In this document: positions 9,382 to 19,775 of the stretch, one piece after another | Position numbering within the stretch: position 1 is the stretch's first letter | How the letters are laid out: every line of letters begins with the position of its first letter | Origin: an uncultured delta proteobacterium | GTDB lineage: Bacteria; Desulfobacterota; Desulfobacteria; Desulfobacterales; UBA2156 | DNA length: 64,000 nucleotides | NCBI GenBank assembly: GCA_963736855.1 | Contig: CAVTQK010000013.1 | Location: forward strand, 1-64,000 | Direction of reading: 5' to 3' | The notes under the pieces: model-generated | Seen by the model: only the letters and a program-made list of their open reading frames with translations | Databases searched by the model: none | Told to the model about the DNA's origin: nothing | Program-made: the position numbers and the translations under genes

Positions 9382-10893
9382 TTATTGCCCCGCGTATCCG
9401 TGGTCATCGGTACCGGCGACCCGGGGTCCTCGCATGAGTGAAGTGAACACCCCAATACTCGCAACCAACATGCAAGTGAGCAGAGTTATGTGGAAGGCGT
9501 GAGTAAAAACTGCTTCCAGCGGCTCAGATGGAAGATTCCATTTCTGGATCAGCGCCGCGCCGGCCTGGGCGCCGCCCAGCGAAGTAAAAACAGCCCCGGA
9601 GAGCGCCACGCTGGATGATTGGCCCAGCACGCGCACCGTCGACAGGAAACCGGAGGCCAGGCCCAACCGCTGCGGTGGCACCGAACTCATAATGGCGTTA
9701 TTGTTTGGCGGTTGGAAGAGCGCCTGTCCGAATCCGGTCACCATCAGCGGCCAGACCAGGTCAAAAAACGACACCCGTGCCGTCAAGCGGCTGAGAAACC
9801 AGAGCCCGATACAGACGATTGCCAACCCAAGGGAACTGAGCACCCGCGACCCAAAGCGGTCAGAAAGCCATCCGCTGAACGGCGCGACCACTGCGAGGGT
9901 AAGCGGCACCGCGGTCATCAGCAGACCCGCCTGGTGGGCCGGGAGCGCCAGCAGCTCCTCCAGGTAGAAGGGCATCATGAACATCACGGCAAACAGGGAC
10001 AGAAAACAGAGAAAACTGCTGGTAATCGCGGCGGTGAACAGCCGGTTGCGAAAGAGGGAAAAATCGACGATGGGCTGGCAAACGCGCCTTTCGTTGATAA
10101 TAAACGCTGCGCCTATCACCGTCGCCGCCACCAAGAGCCCGACTATGGTAAATGAACCCCAACCGACTTCCTGGCCGAAGCTCAGACCTAGCATCAGACA
10201 GGTGACGCTCACCGAAAGCAGGATGGCGCCGATGGGGTCAAATTGCTGTCGGTCCCAGCGCAGATGCATCGGCTCAGTCAGCAGGCGCAGGGCCGCGCTA
10301 ATGCCAATTATTCCGATAGGCACATTGATGTAAAAAATCCAGCGCCAGGTGAAAGCTTCGGTGATGATACCGCCTACGGTGGGACCGGCGCTCGTACCGG
10401 CGGCCACCACCAGGGCGAGAATCCCCAAGGCCCGGCCCCGCTCCGTGGCCGGAAAGGCGCGAGTTATCATGGCGGGGCTGCAGGCCATGATCATCGCGCC
10501 CCCCACCGCCTGCAGGCCCCGAAAGATGACCAGGAACAACAGCGACGGAGCCGCCCCGCAAAGGGCGGAACTCATGGTAAAAATGAAGAGTCCCAGCACC
10601 CAAAGGAGTTTCTGACCCACCATATCCAACAATCGGCCCAGGGTCAGCAGGAGGCTGGCAATAACGATAAGATAGGCAATGATGACCCATTCCACCATGC
10701 CGCTGAGCGGTACGTGAAAAAAGAGACTGATTTTCGGCAACGAGATATTCACGATGCTGGCGTCCAGGGTCGCCATAAAGAGGCCGATAGCCATAATCCC
10801 CATGACTGTCCACTTGTCCGCCGTCTCTCCCCCGGCCGCGACCATGGTTGCCTCTTTATTTATGCTGCTCACGCTGTCTTCCGACTCATTCAT
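9382..10893 (-). CDS. MFS drug efflux transporter, DHA2 (EmrB/QacA) family
   Basis: LDASIVNISLP and WRWIFYINVPIG motifs; about 14 TM segments. Confidence 0.9.
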   Translation of the reverse strand: MNESEDSVSSINKEATMVAAGGETADKWTVMGIMAIGLFMATLDASIVNISLPKISLFFHVPLSGMVEWVIIAYLIVIASLLLTLGRLLDMVGQKLLWVLGLFIFTMSSALCGAAPSLLFLVIFRGLQAVGGAMIMACSPAMITRAFPATERGRALGILALVVAAGTSAGPTVGGIITEAFTWRWIFYINVPIGIIGISAALRLLTEPMHLRWDRQQFDPIGAILLSVSVTCLMLGLSFGQEVGWGSFTIVGLLVAATVIGAAFIINERRVCQPIVDFSLFRNRLFTAAITSSFLCFLSLFAVMFMMPFYLEELLALPAHQAGLLMTAVPLTLAVVAPFSGWLSDRFGSRVLSSLGLAIVCIGLWFLSRLTARVSFFDLVWPLMVTGFGQALFQPPNNNAIMSSVPPQRLGLASGFLSTVRVLGQSSSVALSGAVFTSLGGAQAGAALIQKWNLPSEPLEAVFTHAFHITLLTCMLVASIGVFTSLMRGPRVAGTDDHGYAGQ

Positions 10894-10945
10894 AGGCTTC
10901 TGCTTATATCAAGCCGCCATCACCTAATGTGGACGCCCTAAAAGT

Positions 10946-11797
10946 TCAGATGGCAATCCTCGGATACATCCACCCGCCGATAATGACCAGAAGCACCGTC
11001 ACCATCACTAATATGCCCATATCCGGCCCCAGACCGAAAACGCTCGTTCCTCCGGTCAGCATCAAAGCCCGCAGGGCGTCTACTTCGTACGTCAACGGAT
11101 TGAGGTGTGAGATCACCTTTAGCCAACCCGGCATCATGGAAATCGGGTAAATCGCGTTGCTCGCAAAGAATAAAGGCATCGTCAAGACCTGGCCGATACC
11201 CATGAAGCGTTCGCGCGTCTTGACAATGCAAGCAATGATCAAAGAAAGCGTGGAAAAACACGCCGCTCCCAGGAGCGCTACGCTCAGCACACCTGCTAGA
11301 GCCAGGGGATGCCAGTTGATCTTGACGCCCAGCAGCAGCGCCAGCCCATAAACTATAGCCACCTGCGATAAGGCGCGGACACCTGCGGAAATACCCTTGC
11401 CCAGCACCAGCGCCGCGCGCGGAGTCGGGCTGGCCAGGAGTTTGTGGACCAACCCCAGGTCCCGCTCCCAGATGATGGCGATGCCATGGAAGATGGCGAT
11501 GAACAGGACACTCTGGGCCAGGATGCCGGGAGCCATAAAGTCCAGGTAAGGCAGGCTGCCGGTGGGGATGGCCCGCGTCCTGCCAAAGACTTGCCCAAAC
11601 ACCAGCAGCCACAGGGCCGGTTGTACGGCGCGGGTGAGCAGTTCGGTAGGGTCGTGGCGAATTTTGCGCAATTCCAACTCGGCAATGATCAGCGTCTTAC
11701 CTACGAATCCGGTGACCCGTATCAGTGGAGAGGTCATATGCTGCAGCAGCCGCCTAGCCCAGCCGTTGGGCCGTGCGCCTGGTTCTTGACACTTCAC
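10946..11797 (-). CDS. ABC-2 type (DrrB-like) permease
   Basis: YLDFMAPGILAQ, NPLTYEVDALR; GTG start chosen from the GGAGG RBS. Confidence 0.85.
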   Translation of the reverse strand: MKCQEPGARPNGWARRLLQHMTSPLIRVTGFVGKTLIIAELELRKIRHDPTELLTRAVQPALWLLVFGQVFGRTRAIPTGSLPYLDFMAPGILAQSVLFIAIFHGIAIIWERDLGLVHKLLASPTPRAALVLGKGISAGVRALSQVAIVYGLALLLGVKINWHPLALAGVLSVALLGAACFSTLSLIIACIVKTRERFMGIGQVLTMPLFFASNAIYPISMMPGWLKVISHLNPLTYEVDALRALMLTGGTSVFGLGPDMGILVMVTVLLVIIGGWMYPRIAI

Positions 11798-12551
11798 GGT
11801 AACCTCCTCCGGAATCGACGGCACCGCCCGAATAGTGGACGAAGACATCATCCAAGGTGGTCTCGTTGCCGCCCAACGACGCTTTGAGGGCCGCAGGCGT
11901 GCCAATCGCGGCCACCCCGCCCAGATGCATGATCGCCACCCGGTGGCACAGGTGATCTGCTTCCTCCATGAGGTGAGTGGTCATCAGGATGGTGGCGCCG
12001 TATTCGCGGCGTAATTGCTCGATATGGTCCCAGACGGCCCGTCGGGCCACAGGATCGAGTCCTACGGTAGGCTCGTCCAGGAAGAGCACCCGCGGCCGAT
12101 GTAACATGGATTGGGCGATTTCCAGCCGCCGGATCATCCCACCGGAATATTCGCGCACCATGCGGTCCGCGGCGTCGGCCAGGCCCACCAGGTCAAGCAT
12201 CTCGCCCAGTCGCGAGGCGCGCTCGCCCCTCGGGATGTCGTAAAGTTTGGCAAAGATCAACAGGTTCTCATAACCGGTCAGGCTGCCATCGGCCGAGACC
12301 AGCTGCGGCACGTAGCCGATGACCCGGCGCACTTCCCGGGCTTGCCGCACGATGTCGAAGCCGGCGACGGACGCAGTTCCCGAGGTCGGCGGCAAGAGGG
12401 TGGTGAGCATCTTGATGGTGGTGGTCTTACCCGCACCGTTGGGACCCAGCAAACCGAACACCTCCCCGGCCTCTACGGCAATCGTCAGGGCGTCCACCGC
12501 GGTATGGCCGTTAAAGCTGCGGGTAAGTGCCTTCGTCTCCAAAATCGCCAT
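11754..12551 (-). CDS. ABC transporter ATP-binding protein (DrrA-like)
   Basis: GPNGAGKTT, YSGGM, LFLDEPT. Confidence 0.92.
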   Translation of the reverse strand: MAILETKALTRSFNGHTAVDALTIAVEAGEVFGLLGPNGAGKTTTIKMLTTLLPPTSGTASVAGFDIVRQAREVRRVIGYVPQLVSADGSLTGYENLLIFAKLYDIPRGERASRLGEMLDLVGLADAADRMVREYSGGMIRRLEIAQSMLHRPRVLFLDEPTVGLDPVARRAVWDHIEQLRREYGATILMTTHLMEEADHLCHRVAIMHLGGVAAIGTPAALKASLGGNETTLDDVFVHYSGGAVDSGGGYREVSRTRRTAQRLG

Positions 12552-12555
12552 GTAG

Positions 12556-13020
12556 TTATTTTCCTATGGCCGTCTTGGCCTCTCGGTCGGACACAAAGAT
12601 CGATTCCAAAACCTGCATTGCCTCTATGATGATGCGGCGCTCGGAGGCCGGCAGGACCGCCAAGCGCTCAGCCAGCCGAGACTGAGTGGCCTTATAGGCT
12701 GATTCCATTGCGTTTCGCCCTAGAGCAGTCAAAACCAGGGTCACCCGACGACGGTCTCCGAGATCCATTTGGCGGGTCACCATATTTCTGGTTACCAAGC
12801 CATCTATCATCTTGGACATCGAGGGCAAGGTGAGCCCCAGATGCTCCGCAATATCCGACAGGGATGCACCTTCGTGGCGATTCAAGAAAATCAGGACTCG
12901 AAATTGGGGCACTGCAAGCTCAGATCCCCGATGGCTCCGTATCTCGGTGCGGATGGCGCGCATCACCATGGGAACGGCTTCCAATATTTGTCGAGCACAC
13001 TCATCAGGTGAGCCGAACAT
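12556..13020 (-). CDS. MarR family regulator
   Basis: QFRVL...SLSDIAEHL...DRR winged-helix pattern; first gene of the efflux operon. Confidence 0.9.
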   Translation of the reverse strand: MFGSPDECARQILEAVPMVMRAIRTEIRSHRGSELAVPQFRVLIFLNRHEGASLSDIAEHLGLTLPSMSKMIDGLVTRNMVTRQMDLGDRRRVTLVLTALGRNAMESAYKATQSRLAERLAVLPASERRIIIEAMQVLESIFVSDREAKTAIGK

Positions 13021-13250
13021 AGTTAGCCTTTCTAATAGTTAGTTAAGCTAAGTATATTTCTTAGCTTTGCAAGTTTCAACAAATTTCTTGTTGAGGTCCC
13101 TGTTTTCTCGGACAAGCCTGGAGGAGTCCGGGAGAAGCCACTTCTGTCTTCTCGCGGGACCCTGGCCCTTAAAATCTCTTTTTGGCCAGGCGCCGATTCC
13201 TCTGCCTTTTGGGGTTTTACTGATCAAGCAGGATCACAGGAGGTCTAAGG

Positions 13251-13340
13251 AGGGCCAAAGGCAAAATTAACGAAGCCGTTATCGAAAACATGCTTTCCCG
13301 ACATCACAGCGGATTTAGCGCGTATTGCGGTCCCGCCATG
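13251..13340 (+). mobile_element. Short IS91-family-like transposase remnant
   Basis: KGKINEAVIENMLSRHHSGFSAYCGP resembles the ENMLSW.HSGF.vyCG segment of IS91-type Y2 transposases (from recall). Confidence 0.55.
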
Positions 13341-13358
13341 CTGAACAGAACAAATCAA

Positions 13359-13487
13359 ATGTACCCCGCCTGGATCACATCCAGCTTTTCAATGAGCCCT
13401 TCCGCATACCCAATATATTGTATTGACAAAGTTGTTGACACACAAACGCACAAAAAATATATTTTTTACGAAAAAACAAGGTCTTAT
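13359..13487 (+). repeat. Direct repeat copy 1 (~130 bp)
   Basis: Near-identical to 14876-15006; shared core CTTTTCAATGAGCCCTTCCGCATACCCAATATATTGTATT.ACAAAGTTGTTGACACACAAACGCACAAAAAATAT. Confidence 0.95.
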
Positions 13488-13587
13488 CTTTATAGGCCGC
13501 AGGAAAATCAAGATCCTGGCGGTAATCCACACTGCCGACAGAAATGAAGCTATTGCGGCGTGTTCGTAGAACATCCGGAGAAGATTC

Positions 13588-14846
13588 ATGATCTTACTTG
13601 ACATGCGAACAATCGTCTTCAGCAATGTGGTCACCGATATCGTCTGCGTGCTGGTCATCTTGTTGTTGTGGCATCAGAACCGTAAACGGTTTGCGGGCAC
13701 GGGCTTTTGGGTGTTTGATTATGCCTTTCAAACGGCGGCGCTGTTTCTGATTATCTTGCGCGGCAGCATCCCGGACTGGATGTCCATGGTTCTCGCCAAT
13801 ACCCTGGTGATTGCGGGAGCGCTCTTGGGCTATATGGGCCTGGGACGCTTTGTCGGGAAGAAGATCTCGCAAGTCCATAATTATGTCCTGCTGGCGGCTT
13901 TTGCCTGTGTTCACACCTATTTTGCCCTTGTTCAACCTAACCTGGCAGCGAGAAATCTCAATCTGTCAGTGGGGTTGCTGATTATCTGTTTTCAGTGCAT
14001 GTGGCTCCTGATGTACAGAGTTGAGCCCGGAATGCGCCGGTTGACGCTTGGCGTAGGAATAGTTTTTGGGGCTTACTGCCTGGTCAGTATCGTCCGGATA
14101 GTCGAGTTTTTCACCGGTACGCGCGCAACAAACGATTTTTTCCAATCCGGCACCTTCGACATCCCTTGTCCTGATTTCTTACCAGATGCTATTCATTCTT
14201 CTGACCTATAGTCTGGCGCTGATGTTCAATAAGCGGCTGCTCGTGGAGGTCAAGACCCAGGAAGAAAAATTTTCCAAGGCCTTTCATTCCTCTCCTTATG
14301 CCATCACGCTTACCCGACTCTCCGACGGACAGATTATCGAAGTCAACAATGGCTTTGTGAACATCACGGGATACCAGTTCGCAGAGATCATTGGAAAAAC
14401 AACGGTCGGTTTGCATCTCTGGGATAAAGAGGAAGACCGTGTGGTCGCTGTCAATGAATTGTCGAAGAGCGGTAAGGTGCAAGGGAGGGAATTTCAATTT
14501 CGGAAAAAGTCGGGGGAGATGATCACAGGACTTTTCTCGGCCGAGATCATCCCGATCAACAACCAGGAGTTTGTTCTATCGAGCATCAGCGATATCACCG
14601 AGCGCAAACGGGCCGAAGTGGAACGGGAGATACTCATCCATGAACTCCAGGAGGCCCTGGCCAGTGTGAAGCAATTGAGCGGATTTGCTGCCCATCTGCG
14701 CTTCCTGCAAAAAGATACGGGACGACAAGGGTTATTGGACCCAGATTGAAGCCTATATCCGGGATCATTCCGAGGCTGAATTCAGCCACGGCATTTGCCC
14801 TGAGTGTTTTAAAAAGCTTTATCCCGATTTCTTTAAAGAGGGATAG
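13588..14846 (+). CDS. Membrane-bound PAS-domain sensory protein with C-terminal LPICxxCKKIRD...SHGICPEC domain (frameshifts at about 14165 and 14685)
   Basis: Multi-TM N-terminus, PAS domain (FSKAFHSSP...DITERK), Cys-rich tail typical of deltaproteobacterial sensors. Confidence 0.75.
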
Positions 14847-14875
14847 GGAGAAAAAGGAGGTGATGTGATAATTTG

Positions 14876-15006
14876 ATGTACCCCGCCCGAATCACATCCA
14901 TCTTTTCAATGAGCCCTTCCGCATACCCAATATATTGTATTAACAAAGTTGTTGACACACAAACGCACAAAAAATATATTCATTTCACAAAAAAGTAAGG
15001 TCTTAT
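14876..15006 (+). repeat. Direct repeat copy 2 (~130 bp)
   Basis: See copy 1. Confidence 0.95.
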
Positions 15007-15159
15007 TCCTCTTTTATTTCAAGCCGTTAGATTTCAATAGAGGAAGATCATATATTCATCTCAGTCAACAATGTCTCTGTCCTTCCCTAAAATATCGAAT
15101 AATTGTTACGATAGTGTCAGCTACGCAGACAACGGCGATTAGGAGGACAAATTTTCAGC

Positions 15160-18100
15160 ATGACAAATCTATTTTTCGAACGTCCTATCCTTAACTCTCC
15201 CTACGAATACCCAAAACGTCACTGGGAGCTTGATGCCAGCGGCCAGCCTACGCAGCAGATCATCGAAAAGCGCCGCCGGGCAGAGTTCATCACGCCGATT
15301 CCAAAGCCCAGGAAACGAAAGGGTGCAGCCGAACAACGACAGTTTGTTTTCGATGAAGGCAAAGGACTTTCAACAGAGAAGCAGCAGTATGATCCGACTT
15401 CAATAATCAATCAGATACGCCAGCATGTGGACCAGTGGCGCAGCTTACCGAACCCCAACCAGTGGCAGGTCACTCCCGAAACGGCACGTCTGCTACAGCA
15501 CTGGCGGCATCACCAATTCAGTAGCATCAGGCCCTTTTTCTGCCAGGTGGAGGCGGCTGAAACCGCCATCTGGCTCATCGAGGTAGCGCCTCAAGCTGGA
15601 AAGTCCGGCAAGGCTTTCATCGAACACCTGGCGATTGCCAATAATGACTACAACCCGGAACTGATGCGTCTGGCCCTAAAACTGGCCACCGGTGCAGGAA
15701 AGACCACCGTGATGGCCATGCTGATTGCATGGCAGACCATCAACGCCGTGCGGCGACCCCAGAGCAAGAAATTCACCCGCGGCTTTCTTGTTGTCACACC
15801 CGGGCTGACCATCAAAGACCGGCTGCGCGTTCTCCAGCCGAACGACCCGGACAGCTACTACGCCAGCCGTGAACTCGTGCCGGCCGACATGCTGGACGAT
15901 GTGAAACGGGCCAAAATCGTCATCACCAACTACCACGCCTTCAAGCCACGCGAACGGATTGATCTCTCAAAGGGCGGACGTTCGCTCCTGCAAGGTCGGG
16001 GCGAAGAGTTGAACACCCTCGAAACCGAGGGGCAGATGATTCAGCGAGTGATGCCCGACCTGATGGGCATGAAGAACATCCTCGTGTTCAATGATGAGGC
16101 GCATCATTGCTACCGCGAAAAGCCAGGAGCAGAGGAACATGATGATGAGCTTAAAGGCGATGAAAAGAAAGAGGCGGAGAAAAATAACGAGGCCGCCCGT
16201 CTTTGGATTTCCGGCCTTGAGGCTGTAAACCGAAAACTCGGGATCATCGCGTGTCATCGACCTGTCTGCGACACCCTTTTTCCTGCGGGGCTCAGGCTAT
16301 GCCGAGGGCGTCCTTTTCCCCTGGACGATGAGCGACTTTTCGCTCATGGACGCCATCGAGTGCGGCATAGTCAAACTGCCGCGCGTCCCCGTGGCCGACA
16401 ATATCCCCGGCGAAGAGATGCCCATGTTCCGCAATCTGTGGGAACACATCCGGTCGAAAATGCCCAAGAAAGGACGGGGCAAGTCCGCCGCCCTCGATCC
16501 ACTCAGTCTGCCGCCGCAACTCCAGACCGCCCTCGAAGCCCTCTACGGTCATTACGAGAAGACCTTCCAATCTTTGGGATAAAGCCGGCATCCGCGTGCC
16601 GCCCTGTTTTATCGTCGTCTGTCAAAACACCGCCATCTCCAAGCTGGTTTATGACTTCATCTCCGGCTTTCTCCGCGAAAACGATGACGGCTCAAAGACT
16701 CCTGTAGCCGGCCGCCTCGCGCTGTTCCGCAACTTTGATGAGCATGGCAACCCTTTCGCCCGGCCAAACACGTTGCTCATCGACAGCGAGCAACTTGAAT
16801 CCGGCGAAGCGCTGGACGACAACTTCCGTGGCATGGCCGCCGACGAAATTGAACGCTTCCGCCGCGAGATCTTTGAACGCGGCGGGAAACTCGCCGATCA
16901 ACTTCAAAAGGGCAAAGAACTCGATGACGTGACTCTTCTCCGCGAGGTGATGAATACGGTGGGCAAGCACGGCCAGTTGGGCGGATCGATCCGCTGCGTC
17001 GTCTCTGTCTCCATGCTCACCGAGGGCTGGGATGCGAGAACGGTCACGCATGTGCTGGGCATCCGGGCCTTCGGCACCCAGCTTCTTTGCGAGCAGGTCA
17101 TCGGCCGGGCTCTCCGCCGCCAGTCCTACGATCTGAATGAAGAAGGGCTGTTCAATGTGGAATACGCCGACGTCTTGGGCATTCCCTTCGACTTTACCGC
17201 CAAGCCGGTGGTCGCGCCCCCGCAGCCGCCGCGGGAGACTATCCACGTCAAGGCCGTGCGGCCCGAACGCGATGCACTCGAAATCCGCTTCCCCCGTGTC
17301 GTGGGCTACCGCGTCGAATTGCCCGAGGAACGGCTGACCGCCGAGTTCAACGAGGACTCCGTGCTGGAGTTGACCCCGGACCTGGTCGGCGCAACGGAGA
17401 CCCAAAACTCGGGAATCATCGGCGAAAGGGTGGACCTCAATCTGGTTCACACCGGCGACGTTCGACCCTCGCAGGTTTTATATGAGCTGGTGTCTCACCT
17501 CGTACTCACCAAGTGGCGCGACCCGGGCGAAGACCCCAAGCTCCACCTCTTTGGGCAGCTCAAGCGCATCGCCCGCCAATGGCTCGAAGGGTACCTCGTC
17601 TGCAAGGGCGGCACCTATCCGGCGCAGTTGAAATACAAGATGCTGGCCGACATGGCTTGCGAGCGCATCACCGCCGGGATCACCCGCGCGTTCGTGGGCC
17701 AGCGACCGATCATGGCCGTGCTCGATCCTTACAACCCCACCGGCTCCACGGCCCACGTCAATTTCAACACCTCCAAAACGGACCGCTGGGAGACGGACGC
17801 CCGCCGCTGTCACATCAACTGGGTTATCCTCGACAGCGACTGGGAAGGCAGAGTTCTGCCGCGTGGCCGAGTCCCACCCGCGCGTCCGGGCCTATGTCAA
17901 GAATCACAACCTCGGTCTTGAGGTGCCCTACCGCTACGGCTCGGAGATGCGCAAATATCTCCCCGACTTCATCGTGTTGGTGGATGACGGTCACGGCGAC
18001 GACGACCTTCTGCACCTGATCGTCGAGATCAAAGGCTACCGGCGCGAGGATGCCAAGGAAAAGAAATCCACCATGGACACTTACTGGGTGCCCGGCGTGA

Positions 18101-18234
18101 ATCACACTGCTCAATATGGCCGCTGGGCCTTTGCCGAGTTCACCGAGGTCTATCAGATCGAGGCCGACTTCAAAGCCAAGGTCGAAAGCGAGTTCAGTAA
18201 GATGATCGAAGGTATCGTGAAGGGTGCAGCGTGA
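15160..18234 (+). CDS. Type III-like restriction endonuclease/SF2 helicase subunit (frameshifts at about 16240, 16570, 17848)
   Basis: KLATGAGKT, NDEAHHCY, SMLTEGWD, QVIGRALRR, C-terminal YLPDFIV...VEIKG PD-(D/E)xK nuclease. Confidence 0.85.
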
Positions 18235-19712
18235 AGGGTGAAATAACCATCTTCGTGAGCAGTGTCCAGAAGGAACTGGCTGACTGTCGCCGCGCAGTCA
18301 AAACATTCATCGAAAATGATCCTTTGTTGCGCCGTTTCTTTCGGGTCTTTCTATTTGAGGACTTACCTGCCAGGGACCGGCGGGCCGACGCTGTCTATCT
18401 TGCGGAGGTGGATGGCTGTGCCATATACGTCGGATTATTCGGCAACGACTACGGATTCGAAGATACTGATGGCGCGAGATCTGAGGTTTATCGCCAACGG
18501 AGCGAGAGTTCGACCGTGCCACCGCTCAATGCAAGCCCCGCTTCATCTTCGTTAAAGGTGAAAGCGATAAGCAACGGCATCCCAAGATGCAAACCCTTAT
18601 CCACAAGGCCGGCAGTCAACTCATCCGCCGACGGTTCAACAGCATCGCCGATCTCAACGCCGCAGTTTATGCAAGCTTGGTTGATTACCTCGAAACATGT
18701 GGCATCGTTCAAACACGGCCATTTGAGGAAAGACCTTGTGCAGATGCGACCCTCAATGATCTGAATGTTCAGGTGGTGAGGGACTTTGTAAGTAGTGCCC
18801 GCCTTGAACGCCAGTTTCCTTTGCCGGCAAAGGCACCCTTACCCGATATCCTTACGCATCTGCACTTGCTCCATCAGGGGCAGCCCACCAACGCTGCACT
18901 GCTCCTTTTTGGCCGTGATCCCCAGCGTTTCCTGCCTTGCGCTGAGGTACGGTGCATGCACTTTCATGGCACGGAGATTCAGCGCCCGGTGCCTTTCTAC
19001 CGTATCTTCAAGGGCACCGTCTTCGGACAAGTGGATATGGCAGTCGATTTTGTTATGTCAAAGCTCAATCGCAGTGTCGGGACCCGTGCCGAAAGCAATC
19101 AGGCGCCTGTCCGAGATGAAATCCCCCATGATGTGATCCGTGAAGCCATAGTAAATGCTGTCGCCCATCGGGATTATACCTCGGCGGGGGCCGTTCAGGT
19201 GTCCGTCTTTGCCGATCGTGTTGAAGTATGGAATCCTGGTACTCTGCCGGCATCGCTGACAACCGAGAGTCTTCGCCATCCTCATGGCTCCATTCCCCGG
19301 AACCACCGGCTTTGTGAGGTTCTGTTTCTCGCCCGGTACATAGAGAAATACGGGACCGGCACTCTCATGATGATTCGTGAAAGCCTTGCCCACAACCTCC
19401 CCGAACCCGAGCTTCGCTCAACGAGGCGGTGAATTTACCGTTGCCCTCTGGCGTGATTGGCTGACGGATAGAGTCATGGCAGAACTTGGGCTGAATGAAC
19501 GACAAAGACAGGCCATAATTCATTTAAAGGCCAGTACCAGAATTGCCAATAGCGAATACCAGGCGCTTGTAGGGGTCGCCAGGGCAACTGCGACCAGAGA
19601 CCTCGAGGGCTTGCTGATCAAGGGGGTTTTGGAAAAGGTGGGCACTACAGGGAAAGGCACCTACTACATGCTCGCAAAGAAACGACTCACAAAGGCCTCA
19701 AAGGACTCATGA
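18231..19712 (+). CDS. DUF4062-like N-terminus + RecG-C-terminal-like ATP-binding domain + winged-HTH protein (frameshifted)
   Basis: IFVSSVQKEL, REAIVNAVAHRDY, VWNPG, IEKYGTG, TATRDL. Confidence 0.8.
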
Positions 19713-19775
19713 GGACAAACGCCTCATAAACGCCTCAAACGCATCAGGAAGGACGGCGGGGCAGAGGATAAAACC

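Noticed and set aside
13359..15006. Direct repeats as a CRISPR array or tRNA-derived att sites
   Set aside because: Only two long copies flanking a gene; no repeat-spacer periodicity, cas genes or tRNA cloverleaf
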